Below, in pieces: positions 31,750 to 41,590 of a DNA stretch of 64,000 nt. The translations under genes were made by a program, and so were the position numbers. Position 1 is the first letter of the stretch, and each line of letters opens with the position of its first letter. Source of the DNA: Minisyncoccota bacterium (GTDB lineage Bacteria; Patescibacteriota; Minisyncoccia; Phycocordibacterales; UBA5272); the NCBI GenBank assembly GCA_041651055.1, contig JBAZJW010000001.1:691702-755701 (forward strand), given 5' to 3'. A model generated the notes under the pieces. The model was given only the letters and a program-made list of their open reading frames with translations, searched no databases and was not told the origin of the DNA.

Positions 31750-32439
31750 ATGGAATTCGGAGGATTCGAAAAGTTCACCCTGATAGATTACCCGAGTAAG
31801 GTCGCGTGTATGGTCTATACTATCGGCTGTCCTTTTCGTTGTCCGTACTGTCACAACCCAGAGCTTGTCGACGAGACGTGTACAACACATATACCAGAAA
31901 AAGTTATTTTAGACTTTCTTGATGAGAGGAAAGGAATGCTCGATGGTGTTGTTATTACCGGCGGTGAGCCGAGTATGCATGGAGACTCACTTATTTCTTT
32001 TATGAAAGAGGCGAAGGCTCGTGGCTTCTTGGTGAAATTGGATTCCAATGGTGTTGACCCAGTCTTTTTACAAAAAGTGATTGATGATGGTCTGGTAGAT
32101 TATATTGCTATGGATATCAAATCTCCTTTGGCGAAATATACACAGACCGTAGCGCGTCCCGTAAACATTGAAGCGATCAAAAAAAGTATTGCTATCATAC
32201 AAAACAGTGGCATCGAGTACGAGTTCCGTACGACGATTGTGAAGTCTATGTTGTCCGTCGAAGACCTTGAGCAGATCGGCAAAGAAATTAAAGGTTCGAA
32301 AACGTACTACCTGCAAAAGTTCATTCCTTCCAAGATACTCAACCCACAGTTCCTTAAAAAGGTGACATACAGTGACGAAGAATTTGCAGATATCAAAACG
32401 ATGATGGAGCGTTATGTTTCGTTTTGTGGTATACGATAA
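31750..32439 (+). CDS. nrdG: Class III RNR activating radical-SAM protein
   Basis: CPFRCPYCHNP, ITGGEP, EFRTT. Confidence 0.94.
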   Translation: MEFGGFEKFTLIDYPSKVACMVYTIGCPFRCPYCHNPELVDETCTTHIPEKVILDFLDERKGMLDGVVITGGEPSMHGDSLISFMKEAKARGFLVKLDSNGVDPVFLQKVIDDGLVDYIAMDIKSPLAKYTQTVARPVNIEAIKKSIAIIQNSGIEYEFRTTIVKSMLSVEDLEQIGKEIKGSKTYYLQKFIPSKILNPQFLKKVTYSDEEFADIKTMMERYVSFCGIR

Positions 32440-32449
32440 TCATACTGCC

Positions 32450-33676
32450 ATGAAACATCTTACGCCCATATACTTTGACCACGCTGCGACGACACAAGTG
32501 GCACCGGAGGTTCTTGAGGCGATGCTTCCGTATTTTGGAAAGGAGTATGGGAACCCTTCGTCGATGTATGCGTCTGGCAGAAAGGCTCGTGCTGTCATGG
32601 AGCGCGAAAGGAAAAACATTGCCACGATATTGGGATCTGAGGCAGAAGAGATACTCTTTACAGGATCCGGCACTGAATCAGACAACATGGCAATTCTTGG
32701 AATTGCCCGCGCGAATAGGTCGTATGGCAATCATATTCTTGTTTCTTCTATTGAGCATAAAGCTGTTCTTGAAGCTGCAAAGCAATTATCCAAAGAAGGA
32801 TTTCTTATTGAATATATTCCGGTAAACAAAGAAGGATTGATTGATGTGGAGGATTGTATGGCGCGTATTACCGATGCAACCATTTTGATATCTGTCATGT
32901 ATGCCAATAATGAAATAGGAACGATACAACCGATTAAAGAACTGGGGAGGAGAATACAAGAAGTACGAAGTAGGAAGCAAGAAACTCCTAACGAAGAACG
33001 AAGAACGAAGAACGATGCCTGCCCTATCTTTCACACCGACGCCTGCCAGGCCGCTGGACACCTATCGCTTGACGTCCGCACACTCGGTGTTGATTGTATG
33101 ACCATAAACGGCTCCAAGATATATGGTCCGAAAGGTGTCGGTGTTTTGTATAAACGTAACAGTGTGCCTATCGAACCAATTATTTTTGGAGGAGGACAAG
33201 AACGAGCTCTTCGTAGTGGAACGGAGAATCTTCCGTCCATAGTGGGTATGTCGTACGCGCTTACTCGTGTAGAAAAAAGAAGAGAAGAAGAATCCAAAAG
33301 ACTGATCGCACTTCGTGACTATTGTATGAGCGAGCTTGTTTGTATTCTTCCTGATGTGGTGATAAATGGCAGCTGCACATCTCGTTTGCCGAATAATATT
33401 CATATCTCAGTGCCCTTTGTAGAAGGTGAGTCCATGGTGCTTATGTTAGATGAAGAAGGAATAGAAGCATCCACCGGGTCCGCCTGTTCGGCGAGCGACT
33501 TACAAGTGTCTCATGTTCTTACCGCCATCAATCAGGACACGTCGCTTATGCACGGCAGTCTTCGTTTTTCTTTTGGAGAGGCGACTACCAAGGAAGAGTG
33601 TGATTATCTTCTCACTGTGCTACCTGGTATTATTAAACGACTACGAAGCATGTCACCACTAACTATTTCTCTATGA
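32450..33676 (+). CDS. iscS: Cysteine desulfurase (IscS/NifS type) with in-frame 7-mer repeat insertion
   Basis: YFDHAATT, GTESDN, IEHKAV, ANNEIG, HTDACQ, KIYGPKG, STGSACS. Confidence 0.93.
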   Translation: MKHLTPIYFDHAATTQVAPEVLEAMLPYFGKEYGNPSSMYASGRKARAVMERERKNIATILGSEAEEILFTGSGTESDNMAILGIARANRSYGNHILVSSIEHKAVLEAAKQLSKEGFLIEYIPVNKEGLIDVEDCMARITDATILISVMYANNEIGTIQPIKELGRRIQEVRSRKQETPNEERRTKNDACPIFHTDACQAAGHLSLDVRTLGVDCMTINGSKIYGPKGVGVLYKRNSVPIEPIIFGGGQERALRSGTENLPSIVGMSYALTRVEKRREEESKRLIALRDYCMSELVCILPDVVINGSCTSRLPNNIHISVPFVEGESMVLMLDEEGIEASTGSACSASDLQVSHVLTAINQDTSLMHGSLRFSFGEATTKEECDYLLTVLPGIIKRLRSMSPLTISL

Positions 33677-34110
33677 GTACACCATTCCAAGGCATGTGCG
33701 ATGTAGGAGATTGGATTTACACCGAAACGGTACGAGATCATTTTTTTCATCCGAGAAATATTTTGCTTGATGACAAAGAATATGTGGCAGACGGAATCGG
33801 TATTGCCGGTAGCCCATTGTGTGGAGATATGATGGCGGTGTGGATCAACGTAGATAACGAGAAGGGTGTCATCACGGAATGCAAGTGGCGCACCTTTGGG
33901 TGTGCTTCAGCAATAGCTTCGACGTCGATGATGTCAGTTATGGTGATGGAAAATGGAGGCATGACACTTGCCCGTGCAAAAAGAATTTCACCAGAAGCAA
34001 TTATCGAACGGCTAGGTGGACTTCCGGATAGGAAGTATCACTGCTCTGTGTTGGGGCATGAAGCTTTGCGCAAGGCTGTCGAGGACTATGAGTCGAACTT
34101 GCATACTTGA
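33673..34110 (+). CDS. iscU: Fe-S scaffold IscU/NifU-N
   Basis: DHFFHPRN, CGDMM, FGCASAIAS, KYHCS. Confidence 0.92.
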   Translation: MSTPFQGMCDVGDWIYTETVRDHFFHPRNILLDDKEYVADGIGIAGSPLCGDMMAVWINVDNEKGVITECKWRTFGCASAIASTSMMSVMVMENGGMTLARAKRISPEAIIERLGGLPDRKYHCSVLGHEALRKAVEDYESNLHT

Positions 34111-34212
34111 CGAGCTTCTTTGTTAAAGTCAAACTTTTATCGTTGCCGTACCAGTAAGTACGTCTTCTCAAAAAGTTTAACTTTGCCTCGAATCTCATTC
34201 AAGTCTTCAAGT
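34097..34212 (+). repeat. GTAC-core long imperfect hairpin, copy 4
   Basis: gccgtac-cagtaa-gtacgtct core; outer arm includes the iscU TGA. Confidence 0.7.
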
Positions 34213-34223
34213 CCTTAAAATAC

Positions 34224-34922
34224 ATGAATACAAATAATATATATAACGTCGAAGAGGTCATTCAAGAAACTTCAAATGTGTTTACTTTGAAGTTGTCGTG
34301 TGAGAGTGTCTTGCCCACATATAGAGCAGGACAATTTATTACGGTATTTTTTCCAGAGACAGGGCATGTTGAAGGAAAGAGTTATAGTATCTCAAGTGCG
34401 CCACATGAAAATCACGTACGTATCACCGTAAAAAGAATCGGAGAGTTTTCCAAGAGACTCACTTCAAAAAAAGTCGGTGACACAATAACGGCATCACTTC
34501 CATACGGCTACTTTTATTCTGAGTCAGAAACAAGTTCTCTGGTTATTATTACGGGTGGTATTGGCATCGCACCGTTTCGAAGTATGATTCTCGACTCACT
34601 AACAAAAAATCCACAGAGAAAAATTGTACTGTTGTATGCCAATAAAACTGTTGAGAGTATTATTTTCAAACAAGAGTTTGATGAGCTTGCAAAAAAACAT
34701 GAGGGAATTTTTACGGTACAGTATTACATCACACAAGAAACTGCTGGAGAAAACATGAAGCAGGGACGTATTCCTATTGAGCATGTTATCGAAGCATCTA
34801 AAAATCCCCCTGAAGCAGAATTTTTTATCTGTGGCTCTATTTCTTTTGTGCGCGGATATTGGAAAGGATTAAAAGATTCTGGTATTAAAGAAGAGACTAT
34901 ATATACTGAGGCTTTTTTCTAA
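34224..34922 (+). CDS. FAD/NAD(P)-binding oxidoreductase (ferredoxin-NADP reductase family)
   Basis: AGQFI, SYSISSAP, GGIGIAPF, ICGS, EAFF. Confidence 0.9.
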   Translation: MNTNNIYNVEEVIQETSNVFTLKLSCESVLPTYRAGQFITVFFPETGHVEGKSYSISSAPHENHVRITVKRIGEFSKRLTSKKVGDTITASLPYGYFYSESETSSLVIITGGIGIAPFRSMILDSLTKNPQRKIVLLYANKTVESIIFKQEFDELAKKHEGIFTVQYYITQETAGENMKQGRIPIEHVIEASKNPPEAEFFICGSISFVRGYWKGLKDSGIKEETIYTEAFF

Positions 34923-34980
34923 AGTATTGTCGCGTTGAAGTGCTTCTCTATTTTTTGTATACTAGCCACATCGTCATCCT

Positions 34981-35286
34981 ATGAAATCTCCACTTCCCAA
35001 AGAAGCTTATCAAAAGAACGCTCTCATTTACAAAATTCTCGCAAATGAAAAAAGGTTAGAGATTTTGAATATTTTAAAGATCAAAGAATCTTCTGTTGAG
35101 GACTTGCTCGCAATTACGAAAATTTCTAAATCAAATTTGTCACAACACCTCGCACTTCTTCGTTTGAATGGTCTTGTTGTAGCCGATAAAAAAGGAATCA
35201 CGGTTTCGTACAGAATCGTTGATCCTCGTATCGTCGAGCCTTGCAAAATCTTGCATCAATTACGTGGCCGATCGCTCGTCGTCTAA
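34981..35286 (+). CDS. ArsR/SmtB family regulator
   Basis: KILANEKRLEIL, SNLSQHLALLR. Confidence 0.9.
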   Translation: MKSPLPKEAYQKNALIYKILANEKRLEILNILKIKESSVEDLLAITKISKSNLSQHLALLRLNGLVVADKKGITVSYRIVDPRIVEPCKILHQLRGRSLVV

Positions 35287-35308
35287 ATATGCCTAGTATA
35301 CTTATTGT

Positions 35309-36547
35309 ATGGTAAATTTAGAACAAGCATTACTTCATCCAGACAAAATTCTTTTTCTAGATATAGAGACTACAGGTCTCTCTAGGTATTATGATCAGGT
35401 TACTGTTATCGGGTACGATTTTGGCGGTAAATTTCATTATCATCTTCAAGGGGATGATCTTTCTCATTTTGAAAAGACATTATCAAAGGCATACGCAATT
35501 GTAACTTTTAATGGAACAATTTTCGATGTGAAATTCTTACAGCATCATTTCCCTCATTTAAAATTTCCAGAGCATCATATAGATTTGCGATACCTCATGC
35601 GTCGTGTTGGTTATGCAGGGGGTCAGAAACTCATTGAGGTTTTACTTGGAATGAAAAGAGCCGAGGACATCAAAGGGGTAACGGGATATGAAGCCGTCGT
35701 TTTGTGGCATGAATACCGGAGAGGAAATGAAGATTCATTGCGTAAATTACTTGCGTATAATCATGCAGATGTCCAGGGTATGAAATACATGCTTTCTTTT
35801 GCTCTTGATAAAACCAGTAATGTTCCAAAACTGATCTTTGAAAAGACAGAAAATCCAAGAATTAAAACACGCGCTGTTAAAACTGAAAAACCAAAACCAA
35901 AAGTATACGCAAAAGACTTGTGGAAAAAAATAAAAAAACCACATGGTCCGATTATCGGAATAGATTTAACGGGAAGTGAACTGCGCCCAAGTGGCTTCGC
36001 TATTCTTAATGGTTATACAGCAGAAACTAGACAATGCCTTACGGATAAAGAGATGATAAAACTATGCCGCGAAGCAAAGCCAATGCTTGTTTCAATAGAC
36101 TCACCACTCGGAATTCCAAAAGGAAGAAAGACTTGTTTTGATGATGATCCGACAAGGTATGAAATTGGAATAATGCGATGGGCTGAGAGGGAATTGAAAC
36201 GTCGTGGTGTAAATGTGTACCCATGTCTTATTCCGAGTATGCAAAGGCTCACTAATCGTGGAATGAAGCTTGCAAAAGCACTACGGAAACATGGTATCAA
36301 AGTTATTGAAAGTTATCCTGGTGCAGCACAGGATATCATGCAGATACCACGCAAACAGGCTGGACTGCCATATTTGAAAGATGGGCTGAGGGAATTTGGT
36401 ATTGATGGCTTTTATCACAAAAATATTGTTTCTCATGATGAGATTGACGCCATTACGTCTGCCATCGTTGGCCTTTTTTATTTAGCCGGTAATTATGAAG
36501 CACTCGGAAATGACGATGAAGAGTATTTAGTAATACCAAAAATTTAA
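35309..36547 (+). CDS. YprB/RNase_H_2-like exonuclease fused to a DUF429-like RNase H-fold domain
   Basis: LDIETTGL, TFNGTIFD, HIDL, YNHAD; then IGIDLTG, IDSPL, IESYPG, DEIDA. Confidence 0.8.
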   Translation: MVNLEQALLHPDKILFLDIETTGLSRYYDQVTVIGYDFGGKFHYHLQGDDLSHFEKTLSKAYAIVTFNGTIFDVKFLQHHFPHLKFPEHHIDLRYLMRRVGYAGGQKLIEVLLGMKRAEDIKGVTGYEAVVLWHEYRRGNEDSLRKLLAYNHADVQGMKYMLSFALDKTSNVPKLIFEKTENPRIKTRAVKTEKPKPKVYAKDLWKKIKKPHGPIIGIDLTGSELRPSGFAILNGYTAETRQCLTDKEMIKLCREAKPMLVSIDSPLGIPKGRKTCFDDDPTRYEIGIMRWAERELKRRGVNVYPCLIPSMQRLTNRGMKLAKALRKHGIKVIESYPGAAQDIMQIPRKQAGLPYLKDGLREFGIDGFYHKNIVSHDEIDAITSAIVGLFYLAGNYEALGNDDEEYLVIPKI

Positions 36548-36552
36548 TTTTT

Positions 36553-37188
36553 ATGTCCCATCCGTATTGCACATACGTCGCAGCTATTACTGATGAGAGT
36601 GATGTCGACAAAATATATCATGACAATCACTACGGTGTACGAATAGACAGTGACAATGAGCTCTTTTGTCGTCTAGTGATGGAAATCAATCAAGCCGGGC
36701 TTTCGTGGCATACTATTCTTGTAAAAGAGAAACATTTTAGAAAGGCATATAGTAATTTTGATATTACAAAAGTCGCACGATATGGTGAGGAAGATTTCGG
36801 GCGGCTAATGAGTGATGCTGGAATTATTCGAAATCGTTTGAAAATACATGCGGCGATACATAACGCGAAGCAATTGCTCGCCATTCAAAAAGAGTTTGGA
36901 AGTTTTAGGAACTGGCTTGATGTACAAAAGAAGGAAATTGAATTAGGTATCTTTGTCATTCCCGCGAAGGCGGGAATCCAGTGTCTTGAATCTATGAATA
37001 CTAACCTGGATTCCCGCCTTCGCGGGAATGACAATACGGAAACAAAAAATGAAATCAAAAAACTTTGGCTCAAACTTTTTAAAAAGAATTTTAAATTCGT
37101 CGGTGGAGAAATAGTCGGAGAATTTTTGATGAGTATAGACATGCTTCCTGGGTCACACGATAAGAATTGTGAAGTCAGTAAGCAGTAA
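36553..37188 (+). CDS. tag: DNA-3-methyladenine glycosylase I with in-frame palindromic insertion
   Basis: YHDNHYG, QAGLSWHTIL, GIIRNRLKI, FKFVG, GSHDKNC. Confidence 0.9.
   Translation: MSHPYCTYVAAITDESDVDKIYHDNHYGVRIDSDNELFCRLVMEINQAGLSWHTILVKEKHFRKAYSNFDITKVARYGEEDFGRLMSDAGIIRNRLKIHAAIHNAKQLLAIQKEFGSFRNWLDVQKKEIELGIFVIPAKAGIQCLESMNTNLDSRLRGNDNTETKNEIKKLWLKLFKKNFKFVGGEIVGEFLMSIDMLPGSHDKNCEVSKQ
36953..37034. repeat. REP/RPE-like paired palindrome inside tag
   Basis: ttgtcattcccgcgaaggcgggaatccag ... ctggattcccgccttcgcgggaatgacaa, translated VIPAKAGIQ...LDSRLRGND. Confidence 0.9.
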
Positions 37189-37223
37189 AAACGAAGAAAG
37201 TAATTTGTGGTAGTATTAAGGTA

Positions 37224-38123
37224 ATGGAGAAAAAGATGTTCAAAAACATAGAAGCAAAAGAGATTAGAAATCTAGATTCTTACTTGCCTCAGTCTGAAAA
37301 AGAATGGCTTGAGAGTGGCACATTTACTATTGAAAATGTTGCTATTGGAGAAAAAAGTATTAGATGTGCTTTTGCAGAGGGGTCTGAGGGGAATAGCTTG
37401 GTGACCATGGTTGGAGGAATTCCTCGAGACCCGGAACGTAGAAAGAATTTACCGCTTATTAATAAACTTTATGGTCATCTTGCTATTAAATTAGCAGCCG
37501 TTAGAGAGTCGTCAGTAATGTATAATCAGCCAGCCACTGGAGGTTCTGGAGGAGATTGGGATAAGGAAACACTTCAAACAAGAGCTCGTGTTCTCGCAGG
37601 AGTCTCTGAGCATTTTTGTGAAAAAGTAAAACCAAAACAAGTTGCAATAGTAGGTACAAGTGCAGGTGCTTATATGGCGGCAAAATCTATTTTAGAATTA
37701 CAGGAATCGGGTATTAATGTTTCTAAATTAGTATTATTATCTCCAGCAGCATACCCCGAATCAATTGATGATATTCCTTATGGGGAAAAATTTTCAGAAA
37801 TTGTCCGCACCCCTTGGAATGTTAGTGATTCTCCCATATTTTCAATTTTACAAAGATTTACTGAATCTGGTGGAAGTGTTTTGATTAGTTTTTTTGAAGA
37901 TGACGACCCTCCAATTCCAAAACAAATTCAAGAATATTATAGAAATTTTGTTAAAGAGCTCTCTGATGCTGGTGGAAAAATAAAAATTATTACAATTCCC
38001 GGAGTTGCTCATAATTTTAGAAGAATCGGTAGTCAGGAAAGTAAAAATGTTGTAGATAATGATAGTGTTCGTTCGGCTGCAGGAATATTTTTTTCTTTTT
38101 TATCTCAAGAGCATAATGAATAA
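37224..38123 (+). CDS. Alpha/beta hydrolase
   Basis: GTSAG, LLSPAAY, DD, GVAH; AT-rich. Confidence 0.8.
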   Translation: MEKKMFKNIEAKEIRNLDSYLPQSEKEWLESGTFTIENVAIGEKSIRCAFAEGSEGNSLVTMVGGIPRDPERRKNLPLINKLYGHLAIKLAAVRESSVMYNQPATGGSGGDWDKETLQTRARVLAGVSEHFCEKVKPKQVAIVGTSAGAYMAAKSILELQESGINVSKLVLLSPAAYPESIDDIPYGEKFSEIVRTPWNVSDSPIFSILQRFTESGGSVLISFFEDDDPPIPKQIQEYYRNFVKELSDAGGKIKIITIPGVAHNFRRIGSQESKNVVDNDSVRSAAGIFFSFLSQEHNE

Positions 38124-38814
38124 ACACATACATACGATAAAGATTGGAGGATATCAAGTCCGGGGTGATTATATTTCTAATACAAATATAGCATCAGTTC
38201 TTTTTTTGCACGGCGGAGGATTACGAGGAAGGGCCGGCTTTAATGCTTTGAGAGAGACTTTAGCAAAAAGAGATATCGCTTCAGTTGCTTTTGATTTTAA
38301 AGGACACGGAGAGACAGGTGGAGAATTATCAGAAACCTCATTAGAGGATAAAGTTAAACAGGTTGTTACTATTTTAGATTCAGACATCTTGCAAAAACCA
38401 ATAACACTTATAGCCTCAAGTATGGGTGGGTACATTGCTATCAAAATAACAGAATTATTGCCCATTGAGAATCTTATTCTTATTGCACCTGCTGTCTATG
38501 ATAGAAATGCGTACAGACTTCCTTTTGGTGAAGAATTTTCTTCTGTAATTCGTAAGCCGTATAGTTGGATTAATAGTGATGCCTGGGGAATTATTAATAA
38601 GTACCAAGGTAATCTTTTAATACTCAAGGCAGAAAATGACCAAGTAATCCCAAAAGGTCTTGTGGAGAAAATATACGACTCGGCAGCTAATGTTGGAAAA
38701 AGAAAAATTGTTACTATAAAAAATGCAATGCACCCACTTACTGATTGGTTGAGTAAGTATCCGAATGATTTAGAATTAGCACTTCATGAAATACTAGAGT
38801 TTATTAAAAAGTAA
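38116..38814 (+). CDS. Alpha/beta hydrolase
   Basis: FLHGG, DFKGHGET, ASSMGG, NDQVIP, AMH. Confidence 0.88.
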   Translation: MNKHIHTIKIGGYQVRGDYISNTNIASVLFLHGGGLRGRAGFNALRETLAKRDIASVAFDFKGHGETGGELSETSLEDKVKQVVTILDSDILQKPITLIASSMGGYIAIKITELLPIENLILIAPAVYDRNAYRLPFGEEFSSVIRKPYSWINSDAWGIINKYQGNLLILKAENDQVIPKGLVEKIYDSAANVGKRKIVTIKNAMHPLTDWLSKYPNDLELALHEILEFIKK

Positions 38815-38905
38815 GATATATAAAAGCAAAAAAAGAAAGTAATCAACGTCATTGTATCTTTTTGCGCAGATCTGCGATTCTTAATTTTTATGCTAAAATG
38901 AAAAA

Positions 38906-40903
38906 ATGAAAACACTTCCGCTTTCCACAAAAGACTTTGCTTGGGTGAAAATGACGCAGGCTACAATGAAAAAACAGGCCGACCTGTATATCGCTAATAA
39001 GAAAAAAGTGTACACAGAAATCAAGAATATTCTTCCTGAGAATCGTACCTTTGTGAACACTCTCTACGCACTCGAACGCTGTGACGATTCATTCGATAGT
39101 TTCTTTTCAAAAATGGGACTACTTTCTGAAGTGTCACCAAAGAAAGAAGTACGTGACGCGGCCCATATTATTGCTACAGAAATGTCACAGAAATTGGTGG
39201 ATATCGAGTATGATCGAGATCTTTTTATTGCGCTCTGTGAATACTATGAGGGGAATTTTGAATATGAAAAGAAGAAACTTCGCAAAGAGGATATCAAACT
39301 TCTCGAAGAAACACTTCGTGAATATCGTCGTATGGGATTTGATTTGCCGAATGAAAAGCAAAAGAGACTTAAACTTTTGATGAAGAAGATTTCTAAACTT
39401 TCAATTGCCTTCCGTCAGCACATCAATGACTATCAGGATTATATTTTGTGTACAAAGGAAGAACTTGCCGGTCTGTCTGAGAGGTTTATTTCTACACTTC
39501 CGAAACACACTGATGGTAGATATATTGTTTCGCTTCAGTATCCGCACATCGGTCCATTTATGGCAGAGGCCGAGAATCGCGAAAAGAGAAAAGTTCTCGC
39601 GGAAAAGAATTTGAAAAAAGGCGGAGCAAAGAATCTTAAGATCATAGAAGAGATTGTGAAATTACGCCATGAAGTTGCAACTATTTTGGGATACAAACAT
39701 CATGCAGACTTTCGCACTGAAAATAGAATGGCTAAAAGTGCGAAGACGGCTGAAGATTTTCAGAACTCACTCCTAAAGACACTCGTGCCGTTAGCAAAAA
39801 AAGATGGCGAAGTTTTGCGTGCACATGCAAAGACACTTGGCATTACTAAGCTAGAGCATTATGACATCGGTTATGTGGCGACACATCTCAAGAAAAAGTT
39901 ATACGACCTTGACCCAGAGACAGTGCGTGCATACTTTCCTCTTGAACACGTAAAGACTGAATTGTTCGCACTGTGTGAAAATCTTTTTGGTATTGTTATT
40001 GCAGAATATCCGACAACGCTATGGCACAAAGATGTGAAGCTATATCAAATTAATAACACTGACGGCACTCTTGTTGGATATTTTGCTATGGATCTGTATC
40101 CACGAGAAGGGAAGTTTGGTCATGCAGCTATGTTTGACATTGTCGTTCCTCACGAAGAAGGGTATTTGACAGAAGAGTACTGCGCGCCGCTTTCAAGTAT
40201 GGTGTGTAATTTCCCTGTACCAACGAAAAAGATTCCGTCACTTCTTTCGCTGAATGAAGTGGAGACACTATTCCATGAATTCGGTCATTGCCTGCACATG
40301 ACGCTTACTCGTGCACGACTCGAATCTCAAGCAGGGGCGAATGTGGCATGGGACTTCGTGGAGACACCGTCACAGATTATGGAAAATTGGGTATGGAATG
40401 AAGAAGTAATGGCAAAACTTTCGATGCATTACGAAACAGGAAAGCAGATGCCGAAAGATATGATTGACCGTATCATTAAAGGGAAGATATTTCAGAATGC
40501 TTACTTTTATACACGGCAACTTATTCAAGGCAAGCTCGACTTAGACCTTCATACAGGAAAAGTAAAAGACGCAAGTGCTGCGTATAGAAAAATGAACAAG
40601 CTGTACTTCAACATCGACCTTCCAGAAAAGGAAACATTGTTCCCGGCAGGTTTCGGACACCTTGTCGGATATGATGCAGGATACTATTCGTACTTGTGGG
40701 CGCTTGTGTATGCATGTGATGCTTTCGAATCATTCAAGACAAAGGGGAACAAAAATGTTATGACCAATACCGAAGTCGGCATGAAGTGGCGCCATGAAGT
40801 TCTTGAAAAGGGAAGCAGCGAAGATGAAATGAGACTCGTTAAGAATTTCTTAGGGCGAGCACCGAACCAGAAGGCATTTTTGAAGGAGGTGATTGGGAAA
40901 TAA
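38906..40903 (+). CDS. M3 family oligopeptidase (thimet/PrlC-like)
   Basis: DLYPREGK, FHEFGH, DFVETPSQ, GYYSYLW. Confidence 0.93.
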   Translation: MKTLPLSTKDFAWVKMTQATMKKQADLYIANKKKVYTEIKNILPENRTFVNTLYALERCDDSFDSFFSKMGLLSEVSPKKEVRDAAHIIATEMSQKLVDIEYDRDLFIALCEYYEGNFEYEKKKLRKEDIKLLEETLREYRRMGFDLPNEKQKRLKLLMKKISKLSIAFRQHINDYQDYILCTKEELAGLSERFISTLPKHTDGRYIVSLQYPHIGPFMAEAENREKRKVLAEKNLKKGGAKNLKIIEEIVKLRHEVATILGYKHHADFRTENRMAKSAKTAEDFQNSLLKTLVPLAKKDGEVLRAHAKTLGITKLEHYDIGYVATHLKKKLYDLDPETVRAYFPLEHVKTELFALCENLFGIVIAEYPTTLWHKDVKLYQINNTDGTLVGYFAMDLYPREGKFGHAAMFDIVVPHEEGYLTEEYCAPLSSMVCNFPVPTKKIPSLLSLNEVETLFHEFGHCLHMTLTRARLESQAGANVAWDFVETPSQIMENWVWNEEVMAKLSMHYETGKQMPKDMIDRIIKGKIFQNAYFYTRQLIQGKLDLDLHTGKVKDASAAYRKMNKLYFNIDLPEKETLFPAGFGHLVGYDAGYYSYLWALVYACDAFESFKTKGNKNVMTNTEVGMKWRHEVLEKGSSEDEMRLVKNFLGRAPNQKAFLKEVIGK

Positions 40904-41002
40904 GATCTTACTAGCTTGGCCAAAGTATATTTGAGGTGAACTAGTAAAAGTGATACTCTTTCTTGAGGGTTCAGTTGTTCAACTTCGTGAAAGGGGTTTG
41001 AT

Positions 41003-41167
41003 ATGGAAAACCTTCTCGGACTCTCTATCGTATACAACTTCATTGGACTTCTTCCGGTATTCCTAACATCCGGCAACCTAAAAAAGCTTTTCATTAAACT
41101 ATGGGCTGCCAATCTTGTTTTTGGTATTCTGCTCACGGCACTCTTTGTTGTGAATCACTCCGACTGA
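41003..41167 (+). CDS. Small two-TM membrane protein (54 aa, not in ORF track)
   Basis: AGGGG SD; MENLLGLSIVYNFIGLLPVFLTSGNLKKLFIKLWAANLVFGILLTALFVVNHSD*. Confidence 0.55.
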   Translation: MENLLGLSIVYNFIGLLPVFLTSGNLKKLFIKLWAANLVFGILLTALFVVNHSD

Positions 41168-41253
41168 TTATCTCATCAGACAAATAGCTTTCATAATTCT
41201 GTTACTCAACATCTTGGGTGATAGAATTTTTTGTTTGTACTATCTTGCTATAT

Positions 41254-41423
41254 AAAAAGCCACCTCTTTCGGTGGCGGGATGACTACTATTGTATACAGT
41301 AGTATGGGTATTGGTAGTCGTGGCAGGCAGGCCACGTACTTTGCTTCGCACCTTCATGGGTGGTGAAGGTAAGCGCGTACGGAGGACGATGTCCTAAAAC
41401 CTGCCTTGTATGCCACAACTATC
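41254..41423 (-). ncRNA. Candidate structured small RNA, possibly 6S-like
   Basis: Minus-strand TTGTGC-17-TAGGAT promoter (41456-41428), long rod with central bubble (41313-41423), terminator gccacc-gaaaga-ggtggc-ttttt. Confidence 0.5.
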
Positions 41424-41590
41424 TATAATCCTACATCCAAAAAGTGACTAGCACAATAGCAGAAAATGTGTTATTATGGTAGCCATCTAAGCGGCGTTGT
41501 CCGCTTCGTATTTTTCTAGAGCATTAGTATCGCATTTGTATGTATTTGCACTACTAATAACTAGCAACTAATAACTAGTAACTATCATTC

